A stretch of DNA of 64,000 bases from Ignisphaera sp. (GTDB lineage: Archaea; Thermoproteota; Thermoprotei_A; Sulfolobales; Ignisphaeraceae): contig JAWAHS010000003.1 in the NCBI GenBank assembly GCA_038889075.1, forward strand, positions 49,621-113,620, in the 5' to 3' direction. The position numbers and the translations under genes are program-made. Below the pieces are notes generated by a model, which searched no databases, was not told the DNA's origin, and worked only from the letters and a program-made list of their open reading frames with translations. Position 1 is the first letter of the stretch. Every line of letters starts with the position of its first letter. Of the stretch, positions 39,072 through 49,033 are shown in pieces.

Positions 39072-39797
39072 TTATCTATCGCTTCTCTTAATTCTCTTGG
39101 ATTCGCCGATAATCCAGTATTCACCATCGTCTCTTCTTTCGAGTTTAAATATTGGTACCTCATGTTTTACTCGTTCTAAAATTCGCGAAAGGACGTTTAT
39201 GGCTTCTTTTCTATTCTTTGCAATCACTGCTATGTACAGAGCTTTCTCGCCTGGTTTAGCGGAACCAATCCTATGCATAATTTCAATGGCACCGATATCC
39301 CTGCTATTCGATATTTCCTCATTAGCTATTTTTTCAAGCGTTCTAGATGTATATGGCTCGTAAGCCTCGTAGACAAGTTCATCAACTCTACGACCATCGA
39401 TATAGCCTTTAACAATACCTATAAATATTGCTATAGCGCCATAACCTTCCTTTCCATAATTACTAATCAGTCTATCAATTCTACTTTCTATATTTATTTC
39501 ATCATTTTTAAATAGTGATGTATATACATACTTGCTTCCTCCTGATAGAGGTGGTACAATAGCTACCTCATCACCATCCTTAATACTAACATTCTCTACT
39601 CCGCTGGCTATAGTGCCATTAATTAAAATTAGTGGTCCAATCTCACTAAAAAGCATTTTTAGCTTAGGATATTTACCTAGAATATCATCTATTAACTCCT
39701 TTAAGGATATCTCTGTATGCGATGGATAATCTAGAGTAATTTCACTAGAGTTTACAATATCCCTAAATACTGAAAAGAACCTGATTGTAACCCTCAC
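39072..39797 (-). CDS. Molybdopterin synthase MoaD-MoaE fusion
   Basis: MoaD: DGDEVAIVPPLSGG; MoaE: GAIAIFIG, LVYEAY, HRIG, KHEVPIFKLE. Confidence 0.93.
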   Translation of the reverse strand: MRVTIRFFSVFRDIVNSSEITLDYPSHTEISLKELIDDILGKYPKLKMLFSEIGPLILINGTIASGVENVSIKDGDEVAIVPPLSGGSKYVYTSLFKNDEINIESRIDRLISNYGKEGYGAIAIFIGIVKGYIDGRRVDELVYEAYEPYTSRTLEKIANEEISNSRDIGAIEIMHRIGSAKPGEKALYIAVIAKNRKEAINVLSRILERVKHEVPIFKLERRDDGEYWIIGESKRIKRSDR

Positions 39798-39942
39798 TAT
39801 CCTTCAACCTCGTCTATTTCTCTGTTTGTTAATCATTGTTAAAGCTTTTAAGATTTCGCTACCTACTACTTTATTAAAACAATAACAGTGTAATAGAGTT
39901 GAGATGTTCGTATACTTAAGTAATACTAAGAAGGTGCTGTAA

Positions 39943-40635
39943 TTGCCTATATCAAAATCAAAGGATATAATAAGGGTGCTTGAAAGCTACATACCAACTA
40001 TAATACTAGTTATCGTAAGTATTATGATATTCTCACTGCGTAAATCAATAATCAGGGTTCTTTTGGGATTCAATGGTTTTATAGCAACATTCCTGCTATC
40101 TTTAATAGGCTGTTTATCTGTGGTTCCAATCCCCTATACGTATATTCTATTCTTGATGGCCACCGCATACGAGCTAAATCCTATTATAGTATCATTAGGG
40201 GGTGCTCTCGGTTCAACACTAGGGGAGTCTATAGCATGGCTCCTTGGACGAGCAAGCTCCTCAGTACTTCAAAACACTAAATATTTCCAGAGAATAGAAG
40301 TTATACTCAGATTCACAAAATCGCGCAGCTCCATGGCATTACCGCTCTTAGCCTTCGTTTTTGCCCTAACACCTCTTCCAGATAAAATTCTATTTCTACC
40401 ACTTGGTATGCTAAGGTACAATTTGTTAAAAATTCTACCAGCAACATTTATGGGTAAAATGGTAATGAATATAATGGTTATAGCTATAGGACAAATATGG
40501 AGTGTTGTAGGTGAGGAAATCCTAGGTCTAAATGAGTTGGTAATGTTTATAGTAACTACCGCAATACTTATAGCAATGATGTCCGTCATGATGTTCGTCA
40601 AATGGGAGAAGATACTTAAAATCGAGAGCCTCTAA
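39943..40635 (+). CDS. DedA/VTT-domain membrane protein
   Basis: VPIPY, GSTLGE, FALTPLPD, GK motifs. Confidence 0.85.
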   Translation: MPISKSKDIIRVLESYIPTIILVIVSIMIFSLRKSIIRVLLGFNGFIATFLLSLIGCLSVVPIPYTYILFLMATAYELNPIIVSLGGALGSTLGESIAWLLGRASSSVLQNTKYFQRIEVILRFTKSRSSMALPLLAFVFALTPLPDKILFLPLGMLRYNLLKILPATFMGKMVMNIMVIAIGQIWSVVGEEILGLNELVMFIVTTAILIAMMSVMMFVKWEKILKIESL

Positions 40636-40843
40636 CAATTCAATTAATTTGCCTTTCACCCTCAATCCAGCTTTCTTTATCTGAACAATCAATTTCTTAC
40701 CAAATAATTCATTCATCTGCGCCATACGCCTTCGTTTCACCATTCCATTACCGGTAGATGTGAAGCTTGACCCATCGCTAGTTGATACCATTTCATAGAT
40801 GATTTGAGTACATGATGTTGCACTGTGATAATCATTACGTGCA

Positions 40844-40911
40844 ATTTGTATAGCTACAAAGTGTCAATTTTATTTTGAATTCTTCAAAGGATACTTTGTA
40901 GCTATACAAAT
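40844..40911. repeat. Perfect 19-bp inverted repeat with 30-nt spacer
   Basis: ATTTGTATAGCTACAAAGT (40844-62) / ACTTTGTAGCTATACAAAT (40893-911). Confidence 0.9.
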
Positions 40912-41070
40912 CGTTCTGATAATCTCAGATTTTCTGAAATATTTAACTTGAAAGATTTACTATATTGAAGTGCTCTCTACATTATTTTTGGAAATTGGTA
41001 TCGGTTTTCCTTCAATTACTAGAATATGTAATAATTTAGTAATTGGTAATCCTAATATATTAGTTTCATT

Positions 41071-41844
41071 CTAAGTATGGTGATCATATATGTGTACGTG
41101 ATCTTTTAGTCTTATAGCTGATTTTCCGTATACCTTTTTAAGTACATCCATTTTGAGAATTTCCATTGGTTTTCCAATATAGTAGGTTCCCTTGCCAAAT
41201 ATCATTATATCATCAGTTATAGGTAGGAACATCTCTGGATCGTGGCATGTGATTATAATTATTTTATCCTTTCTAAGATTAGAGATTATATCAATAATTC
41301 CCGTTTTTCCTTCTGGATCTATTGATGAGAGGGGCTCATCTAATAGTATTATGGATTGGTTATTGGCTATCACCCTTGCTATAAATAACCTTTGCCTCTC
41401 TCCCCCAGATAACTTCCAAATACTTTTATGCCAAAGACCCTCATCTATCTTCACCATATTAAGTACTTCTTTAATAATTTTTCGTACCTCATTCTTACCA
41501 ATTTTTAAATTCAATTTCCTTAGATGCATTAACAAGCCGAATTCGATAAACTCCCAGACAGTTATTGGAAAACTTGTAATCGATGCCATCCCTGATAGCT
41601 GTGGTATATAGTCAATAAACATGCCTGCCTGCTCAGTATTGCCTGTAATGTCAATTTTATTAACATAAATTCTGCCTGCATAGGGTTTTACTAGCCCCAT
41701 TAGTGTTTTTAAGAATGTTGTTTTGCCAACGCCATTAGGCCCTATTATTAGGAGTATGTGTGGACTTTTAAGTTCAATATTAATGTTAGATATAAGGGGT
41801 TTCTCATAACCTATTGTTAAATCTTTAAGCTCTAGTACGACTAT
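41071..41844 (-). CDS. Zn/Mn ABC transporter ATPase (ZnuC-like); ORF-track start at 42102 is over-extended
   Basis: GPNGVGKTT, YIPQ, FPITVWE, LSGGERQR, LLDEP, His-rich tail HVHIYDHH. Confidence 0.88.
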   Translation of the reverse strand: MVVLELKDLTIGYEKPLISNINIELKSPHILLIIGPNGVGKTTFLKTLMGLVKPYAGRIYVNKIDITGNTEQAGMFIDYIPQLSGMASITSFPITVWEFIEFGLLMHLRKLNLKIGKNEVRKIIKEVLNMVKIDEGLWHKSIWKLSGGERQRLFIARVIANNQSIILLDEPLSSIDPEGKTGIIDIISNLRKDKIIIITCHDPEMFLPITDDIMIFGKGTYYIGKPMEILKMDVLKKVYGKSAIRLKDHVHIYDHHT

Positions 41845-41929
41845 TTCTATACACCATATGTGCATAGCAGATATAAGCTTATAAACTTTAATGTGCACAA
41901 TCTCATTCCAAGAAGAGGAAATTGCATTT

Positions 41930-42919
41930 ATGTTATGTACACATAGAATTACAATTGTAATTAGCATTATGCTACTTGTTAACACTGTTTTACCATCTTT
42001 ACTGTCGTCTAATGATCTATACATTGTTGTAACATTTCCGTATCTGTATGAAGATATGAAGAGTATTGCATGTCCAGGAGATGTTGTTATAGATTTAATC
42101 AAACCCGGTATAGATCCTCATGAATACCAGCTTACGCCAAATGATGTAAATATACTCAGAAGGGCTAACATCATAATTTCCACCGCCCATACACACTTCG
42201 AGCTAAATATTAGGAAACTGGTAGAAGGAGGTGAGCTGAATTCTATATTGATAGAGGTTCCATATATTAATGGTATAAAGGTATTTAAAAATCCGTCTAC
42301 AGGCACAGAAAACTATCATGGGATATTATTCTACCCAGAAAACTATATTGTTTTTTTGAACAATTTAAAACATATCCTATCCTCCTTAAAACCTCAGTGT
42401 AGCAAAGTTTATGAGGAGAATGTCAATAAGCTTATTTTAAGACTTCAAAAAATAATTGAATTAAATTCTAGTTTGAATAAAATTGCTGTCCTAGATTCGC
42501 CAGTGATACAGTATATTGCAGAATGGCTTGGTCTAAATGTTTCGCAAATTCTTATGAGTGAAGAGGAGGTTCCTATAGTACCAAAGGATATAGAGAGAGT
42601 TGAAAAAATATTGGACAACTATAGTGATAGCATTGTTGTCGTGACTAATGGTTCTAAAGCTTTCCAATATCTAATAAATTTAGCTAGTAAGTATAGAAGA
42701 GAAATTTTGTTGCTTCCAAACCCATTATTATCATCATCCATTATTTCCATGCTGGAGAATATTGCTAGCTCCTTAAATACCTCCACCAGAGTTAGAGATG
42801 TGCACACTACTACCAATATTTTGCCGCAACTAGATGTGATCACAATAGCAACTATAATACCAACTATGCTGATAGTAGCTTTCTTAGTCATTAAAATATT
42901 TAAGATAAAGAGGAGCTAA
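41930..42919 (+). CDS. Zn/Mn ABC substrate-binding protein (ZnuA/TroA-like) with C-terminal TM
   Basis: Signal peptide, PGIDPHEYQLTP, NYHG. Confidence 0.88.
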   Translation: MLCTHRITIVISIMLLVNTVLPSLLSSNDLYIVVTFPYLYEDMKSIACPGDVVIDLIKPGIDPHEYQLTPNDVNILRRANIIISTAHTHFELNIRKLVEGGELNSILIEVPYINGIKVFKNPSTGTENYHGILFYPENYIVFLNNLKHILSSLKPQCSKVYEENVNKLILRLQKIIELNSSLNKIAVLDSPVIQYIAEWLGLNVSQILMSEEEVPIVPKDIERVEKILDNYSDSIVVVTNGSKAFQYLINLASKYRREILLLPNPLLSSSIISMLENIASSLNTSTRVRDVHTTTNILPQLDVITIATIIPTMLIVAFLVIKIFKIKRS

Positions 42920-42921
42920 CC

Positions 42922-43791
42922 ATGAATCGTACAATTCTGTTATTAATAATACTGAATTCTATGATTATGATTTATGTTTTCAATTCAGTTCCGTATACAT
43001 GGGTTCTAACTATACTCTTTTCATCTATTTTATATGGTGCCTTAAGTCCCTTAATCTCTGCTAGAAAAATATATTTTCTAGCTGCCGAAGCTCCACATAT
43101 TTCTCTCCTATCAATTGCATTAGGGATTATTCTCACAAACATCCTTCCAATACTAAATGAATTCTCTTGGACCATACTTATATCACTAGCGCTAATATAT
43201 GGTATTGGGCTCGCAATTAAACGTGGGCTTGATCCTGACATTGTAACATCTGCAGCTATAGCTTTCTCAGCCTCATGCAGTGTTATAGCTGTATCCTATG
43301 TCCTATCAAGATATAGCGTTCGGTATAATTTATGGAGTATAATGTTGGGGGATCCGTTACTCACCACAATGGAAGATCTCTACATACTTATATCCATCTC
43401 AGTAATTGTACTCTATGTCATAATATACATATATAGGGTGAATGTATATCTTGGTATAGACGCAGATTATGTTAAGCTACATGGAGTCAATACACTATTC
43501 TATGACCTAGCACTATTTACAGTAATCGGTATAGCTTCCATCATCCTCTTAAAACTGATTGGCTTTGTTTTGGAACACGTACTCCTTTTATTACCATCAA
43601 TAATGGCAATGAACATTACTGAAAGTTCTAACCAAGTATTTGTTATAAGTATACTGCTTTCCGTATTCATAAGCATGACAGGGCTCGCAATTTCCATCCA
43701 TCTAAATGTAGCTCCTGCAGGAAGCATTGGACTTATAGCATTTTTATTTTATACTACATCCCACATCTTAAGGGTGAAGAGGAATGGGTAA
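42922..43791 (+). CDS. Metal ABC transporter permease (ZnuB-like)
   Basis: PHISL, LGDPL, multi-TM; operon context. Confidence 0.85.
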   Translation: MNRTILLLIILNSMIMIYVFNSVPYTWVLTILFSSILYGALSPLISARKIYFLAAEAPHISLLSIALGIILTNILPILNEFSWTILISLALIYGIGLAIKRGLDPDIVTSAAIAFSASCSVIAVSYVLSRYSVRYNLWSIMLGDPLLTTMEDLYILISISVIVLYVIIYIYRVNVYLGIDADYVKLHGVNTLFYDLALFTVIGIASIILLKLIGFVLEHVLLLLPSIMAMNITESSNQVFVISILLSVFISMTGLAISIHLNVAPAGSIGLIAFLFYTTSHILRVKRNG

Positions 43792-44173
43792 GAGGAGATT
43801 TGGAGTATCGATAGATTCTAAAATTTCGATGGAAATCGACAAAATTGCCAAAAGCCTAAATATGGATAGATCGAAAATCGTTGAAATGGCGTTACAAAAC
43901 TATATAGCCGAATATGAGCATCTGTCATCAAGACATAACTGCAAGGGAATATTAATCATAAAGAACATCAACAATGTTCCATTTGATAAAATTCTTGAGG
44001 ATTATAGGAACATTATAGTGAACTATATACACAGCCATGTAGAAAATGAGTGCATCTGCGTAATATTTGTCTCTGGAGATTCTGAACATATTAATAATCT
44101 AAATCGGCATCTGACAACATGTGGTTGTCTCATTCACTATCTACCAATGCATAAAAATTATCCTTTGCTATAA
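43784..44173 (+). CDS. NikR-like ribbon-helix-helix regulator
   Basis: RRFGVSI...RSKIV..A (RHH); HSH..ECICVIFV.G (NikR C-domain). Confidence 0.85.
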   Translation: MGKRRFGVSIDSKISMEIDKIAKSLNMDRSKIVEMALQNYIAEYEHLSSRHNCKGILIIKNINNVPFDKILEDYRNIIVNYIHSHVENECICVIFVSGDSEHINNLNRHLTTCGCLIHYLPMHKNYPLL

Positions 44174-44394
44174 AACACACATATACGTTCTATTGATGGA
44201 TTTTAAGGTATTGGTGCAATTACTTCTCGGTAGGTACGATACCTAACTTATTTTGCAAGTAACGTTGGAAGTAATGTGTCCATAATAGTTGTCTATAAAC
44301 GTTATACCTGTAACATTTATTAGTCATATAGGATGCAGTACTGTCTAGTAAATGTTATAACAATTGAATATGTTGTCTAAATGGTGGGATTGAG

Positions 44395-44889
44395 ATGCCT
44401 ATATCAAAAAGAAGGCTAGTTGAAATGCTAGCTAATCTAGGGAACGAATTTGCAAAGGAAGATATTGTAAAGAAACTTAATTTATCCTCTGCAACAGTAC
44501 GGAAGTACCTAAAACTTTTAAAGGATGGTGGATTAATTGAAGAGATTGGTAAAAATAGATATAGAATTACATATGAAGCTGCACTCTATTTAGAGGGTAT
44601 ATCGATAGCGTCAAAAAATATTGGTGAAGATAAGGCGTATATATTCACTGATAATACCGGCAAACCGATGACATTAAAGATAGATAGCCTAAAAAAACTC
44701 TACATAGTGATAAAGTATGATCTTGTACCTAAGGATATTATATATACTCATTTACTCAACGGCTACTTAACTAAATGGTTAATAGAATCCCTGGGAGCTA
44801 TAAAACTAGCTGAAAAATTGAAGAATTCGAAAGACATCAATGAATTGCTAAGAATTATAGAAGAATACACATTAATTACCGAAAGCTGA
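44395..44889 (+). CDS. wHTH regulator with C-terminal DUF5752-like domain
   Basis: LNLSSATVRKYLKLLKDGGLIE; AYIFTD...SL...HL..G.L.KW...LG...LAE. Confidence 0.7.
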   Translation: MPISKRRLVEMLANLGNEFAKEDIVKKLNLSSATVRKYLKLLKDGGLIEEIGKNRYRITYEAALYLEGISIASKNIGEDKAYIFTDNTGKPMTLKIDSLKKLYIVIKYDLVPKDIIYTHLLNGYLTKWLIESLGAIKLAEKLKNSKDINELLRIIEEYTLITES

Positions 44890-45071
44890 ATTAAAAATTA
44901 ATGAAATGCTTTTACTGTACGTCATACAAATAGTACAGTGCGTTCCATATAACCCGTAGATGTACTCTGTAAATTTTTCACAAGACAATGAATCTAGTAT
45001 ATTCGTTGAAAATGAGTTGAGACAAGGCTAGAAAAAATAATTGAATTTTAATTATATCATTGCTCACGTGT

Positions 45072-45257
45072 TTAGCTGCATTCTGGGTAGTCGTCTGGTA
45101 CTTTTGCTCTGAAGTATCTTCCAGTCTCAGGATCAGCAAATAGCCCTATCTTGACACCCTTTCTACCTCTTGGTGCTAGGCTCCAGACCTTCTTTGGTAC
45201 TAGATCCTTCTCAGCTCCACTTGGTGTTTTAACCTTTACTGCTTTTGTACAGGCCAT
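45072..45257 (-). CDS. cren7: Chromatin protein Cren7
   Basis: VKVKTPSG...[39 protein letters not shown]. Confidence 0.97.
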   Translation of the reverse strand: MACTKAVKVKTPSGAEKDLVPKKVWSLAPRGRKGVKIGLFADPETGRYFRAKVPDDYPECS

Positions 45258-45641
45258 GTTTTCAGCCCGTGTTTCTACTCTCTGTTATCTGGTTAAAAAG
45301 CATGGCGTAAGGGCATAATCAAATCTGTTGGTTATGTACAATACTACTTCACATCCCTAGGTATTCGTTGCATTATTCTGATACTAATTAACTATTACAT
45401 GAAACGTTAGCATTTTTATTTAACTATGCTTAGCCATTCACTAGATTCTTCCATTAGCCAATGGATAAATCTTTCCAACAATTTGCCCCAACTAGATGTA
45501 GAAGATTTTTAAGTCTCTCCTAGCTAGCTATAAGCTAAGGAATTCGTTGAATAGGTATATCGTACATATACAATTTAAAAATAAAACGATAGAAATGCGA
45601 TATAGTATCTCCATCGACTACCTGGCACACGGCTACGGTGG

Positions 45642-46670
45642 GTGGTAGCATTGCCCCTAGCTATAGTTGTTGGAGGATTCTTTGGTGATGAAGGAAAAGG
45701 GAAAATAGCATCATACCTAGCAGTAGCGGATAATCCGGCTATTGCAGTAAGATGTGGTTCGATAAACGCAGGACACACTGTAACGTATATGGGTAGAACT
45801 TGGAGGGTTAGAATAATACCGTCTTTCTTCGTCAATACGAGAACAAAGCTCATGATAGCTGCAGGCGCACTTATAAGACTCGATATTCTATTCAAAGAGT
45901 TAAGCGAAACAGATACTAGGGGAAGGTTATTTATTGATTTTAATACGGGTGTTATTGAAGAAAAGCATGTTGAAGCTGAAAGAAGCGATGCCTTTCTGGT
46001 AGGAGAGGTTGGCTCAACGCTTCAAGGTGTCGGATTTGCGATGGCTGATAGAGTTCTGCGAAGATTAAGGCTTGCTAAAGATTTTGAGATTCTAAAGGAT
46101 GTTTTGATAGATGTTTCACTTGAAGTAAATAAAGCTTTAGATAGAAATGAATTGGTTTACATAGAGGGTGTTCAAGGTACATTCCTTAGTTTATATCACG
46201 GAACGTATCCATATGTGACTAGTAGAGATACAACGGCTTCGGCATTCGCGTCTGAAGTGGGTGTAGGACCTAGAAGAATTGATGATGTTATAGTTGTGTT
46301 TAAATCATATGTTACAAGAGTTGGGGGAGGACCGCTTGACAATGAACTATCATATGAAGAGGCGAAAAAACTCGGATTAATTGAAGTTGCGACAGTTACT
46401 GGCAGGATAAGAAGGGTAGCTCCATTTAATATCGATCTAGCTAAGAGAGCCATAATGCTTAACTCAGCTACTCAGATAGCCTTGACAAAATTAGATACAC
46501 TGTATCCTGATGTTAAGTGTATTAAAGAGTGGAGTAAGCTTCCCCAGCATGTAAGAACATGGCTTGAGAATGTGGAATCCTCGTTAAGAACCCCAATAAC
46601 AATAATTAGCACAGGAGAAGATGTTGTCTGTACAATTGATAGAAGAACTGAGTTGGGTTTAAAGAGGTGA
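45642..46670 (+). CDS. purA: Adenylosuccinate synthetase (short archaeal type)
   Basis: GDEGKGK, NAGHT, GST, EGVQG, GTYPYVTS, TVTGR.RR, TKLD. Confidence 0.96.
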   Translation: MVALPLAIVVGGFFGDEGKGKIASYLAVADNPAIAVRCGSINAGHTVTYMGRTWRVRIIPSFFVNTRTKLMIAAGALIRLDILFKELSETDTRGRLFIDFNTGVIEEKHVEAERSDAFLVGEVGSTLQGVGFAMADRVLRRLRLAKDFEILKDVLIDVSLEVNKALDRNELVYIEGVQGTFLSLYHGTYPYVTSRDTTASAFASEVGVGPRRIDDVIVVFKSYVTRVGGGPLDNELSYEEAKKLGLIEVATVTGRIRRVAPFNIDLAKRAIMLNSATQIALTKLDTLYPDVKCIKEWSKLPQHVRTWLENVESSLRTPITIISTGEDVVCTIDRRTELGLKR

Positions 46671-46676
46671 AATCCT

Positions 46677-48101
46677 TTGGAAAAGAAGTATGATGTTATT
46701 ATAATCGGTGGTGGTGTGGCAGGACTCTTTGCCGCCCATGAATTTGCTTCCTATAGTTTTGGTAAGTTAAAGGTAGCTATAGTTGAACAAGGAAGTAGTA
46801 ATACGTTTAGAAGATGTCCTATGTTTAATTCAAAGAGGCTGGTAAGAGATAAAGAATGTGTTCTATGTAGACCGTGTAATATTCTTACAGGTATAGGTGG
46901 TGCCATAACATTTAGTAGTGGTACCATGAATCTTAGACCGGACGTGGGTGGCGATCTAAATAAAATAATTGGTAGTTGGGAAGAGGCTGAAAGACTCATA
47001 GGATATGTTGATAACATTCTTGTTAAATTCGGTGCTCCTGATAACGTATATAGTTTAGATGTAGAACAAGCTGCTGAATTGGAGAGGCTTGCTGCTAAAG
47101 CTGGTGCAAAATTCATTCCTACTCCCCAAAGACACATAGGTTCAGAGAATATGCCTCGAGTCATAGGCAACTTTTCAGAATTTCTAAGACAGAAAGGTAT
47201 TGATATACATGAGTTTACCGAAGCTGTAGATATTATACCAGGCAAAGATGGTCATATCGTGAAGACAAATAATGGCGATTTTATAGGAAGATATTTAGTA
47301 TTAGCCCCTGGAAGGGTAGGAGCCGAGTGGTTTGCCGAAATTTCTAAAAAGAGAGGCATAGATGTAGAACCGGGTCCTTTAGATATCGGTGTCCGTGTTG
47401 AAGCACCAGCATACATAGCGGAACCAATAACGAAAATGGCTAGAGATCCGAAAATAATAATGTATACTAAGAGCTATGATGATAAGGTAAGAACATTCTG
47501 TACAAATCCATATGGATTTGTTGTTGAAGAAAGGTATCCTGACGATTCGGTAGGGGTAAACGGTGAGAGTTTTATAACTTTGCGTTCCAAGAATATTAAC
47601 TTTGCCTTACTTGTAACTGTAAGACTTACAGATCCATTTGAGGATACCATAGCTTATGGAAAGAGTATATCAAGACTTGCAACGAAGCTTGGTGGCGGAA
47701 AACCTATTGTACAAAGATTCGGCGATTTAGAGGCGGGCAGAAGAAGCACATGGAATAGAATAGAGAGAAGTGTCGTAGAACCAACATTAAAGAGCGTTAC
47801 ACCAGGTGACATCGCTATGGCGTATCCTTATAGAGTTGTTGTGAACATTGTAGAAGCATTGAGAAGATTGGACATCGTAATGCCTGGAATAGCCTCAACA
47901 CAAACCTTGTTATATGCACCAGAGATAAAATTCTATAGCATTAAAGCAAGAGTTAACAGAGAATTAGAAACATCTATTGAAAATATATTTGCAGCCGGAG
48001 ATGGAGCCGGTTTGTCAAGAGGAATGAACGTTGCAGCTGCCACGGGTATTATAGTAGCTAGAGCTATTCTAAAGAGGGAAGGTATTGAAATAACTGAGTG
48101 A
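46677..48101 (+). CDS. FAD-dependent oxidoreductase (COG2509-like)
   Basis: GGGVAG, RHIG, DIGVRVE, RTFCTNP, VNG, PEIKFY, GDGAG. Confidence 0.88.
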   Translation: MEKKYDVIIIGGGVAGLFAAHEFASYSFGKLKVAIVEQGSSNTFRRCPMFNSKRLVRDKECVLCRPCNILTGIGGAITFSSGTMNLRPDVGGDLNKIIGSWEEAERLIGYVDNILVKFGAPDNVYSLDVEQAAELERLAAKAGAKFIPTPQRHIGSENMPRVIGNFSEFLRQKGIDIHEFTEAVDIIPGKDGHIVKTNNGDFIGRYLVLAPGRVGAEWFAEISKKRGIDVEPGPLDIGVRVEAPAYIAEPITKMARDPKIIMYTKSYDDKVRTFCTNPYGFVVEERYPDDSVGVNGESFITLRSKNINFALLVTVRLTDPFEDTIAYGKSISRLATKLGGGKPIVQRFGDLEAGRRSTWNRIERSVVEPTLKSVTPGDIAMAYPYRVVVNIVEALRRLDIVMPGIASTQTLLYAPEIKFYSIKARVNRELETSIENIFAAGDGAGLSRGMNVAAATGIIVARAILKREGIEITE

Positions 48102-48150
48102 TATAGATTAATCAGTCTTTTTAACCACTTTAGTACTCCGGGACTGTAAT

Positions 48151-48942
48151 GTGAATATACTTATGTTCATGAAAAGGGTAGTTAGAGATAAATTTAGTAG
48201 GAAGAGGATTCGCGAAGTAAATGAAATAATAAATAGAATCGAATATATTTCCCAGCACTACAAAAAAGTGATAGATAATTGTATAAATTATCTTACTGTA
48301 TTCTCAAATATTGTAAAACCATATGTATGTATGAAATGCAATAAGGTTTTCTTCACATCCGATAACGAGAAGGGGTGCCCCTTTTGCAATTCTCTCTATA
48401 TTGCAAATATAGATATAGCAAATTTTAAGGCATATATTCATAGTTATTGTGACTCCTTATATGGCAGGAACCTTGTCTATACGGATGTTTTTAAAGATGT
48501 TGCTAAAAATTTATGTTTAGACAAAGTTTGCTACTTTTTAGAATCTTCACTAACACTAGAAATTTTTACCGAGAAAGGCATTCTGAGAATTTCATCTAGA
48601 AACGAAAAATTAATTGAAGTTGAATTACCATGGGTTGACACATCAATGCTCGCATATATCGATGAAATTACAGCTATAGTATTTCAACACAGAGAAAAGT
48701 TACTGAAAAATGGAACAAGATATATTGTATATAAAGCATCCTATAGCAATATAAGTATCAGTTATGCACTACTAATTAGAGAAAGATTTATGGATACGCA
48801 ATTTTTTAAACATTTTATAGATAAACTTGGATTGAATAAATATATCCTTAACAGAGGTATACTAACTAAAATTTTTGACATGGAATATGGCGAATACATA
48901 GATCCTCAGAAAATGGCTATTAGTACTAGAACCGCATTATAG
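48151..48942 (+). CDS. Hypothetical protein with zinc ribbon
   Basis: YVCMKCNKVF...GCPFCNS. Confidence 0.65.
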   Translation: MNILMFMKRVVRDKFSRKRIREVNEIINRIEYISQHYKKVIDNCINYLTVFSNIVKPYVCMKCNKVFFTSDNEKGCPFCNSLYIANIDIANFKAYIHSYCDSLYGRNLVYTDVFKDVAKNLCLDKVCYFLESSLTLEIFTEKGILRISSRNEKLIEVELPWVDTSMLAYIDEITAIVFQHREKLLKNGTRYIVYKASYSNISISYALLIRERFMDTQFFKHFIDKLGLNKYILNRGILTKIFDMEYGEYIDPQKMAISTRTAL

Positions 48943-49033
48943 TATTGATATATAGGAACATTGTCACGAAGATAATTAAGCGAAACCGATTTCAAATTAA
49001 AAATTGAGTATATTTAGAGATGATGTCTCTAAC

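Noticed and set aside
40528-40791. 87-aa ORF and an RWVKLHI fragment reminiscent of IS5-family transposases
   Set aside because: Seven-residue similarity amid stops; no DDE context
41891-42102. Apparent 212-nt head-to-head overlap of znuC and znuA
   Set aside because: Artefact of longest-ORF start choice
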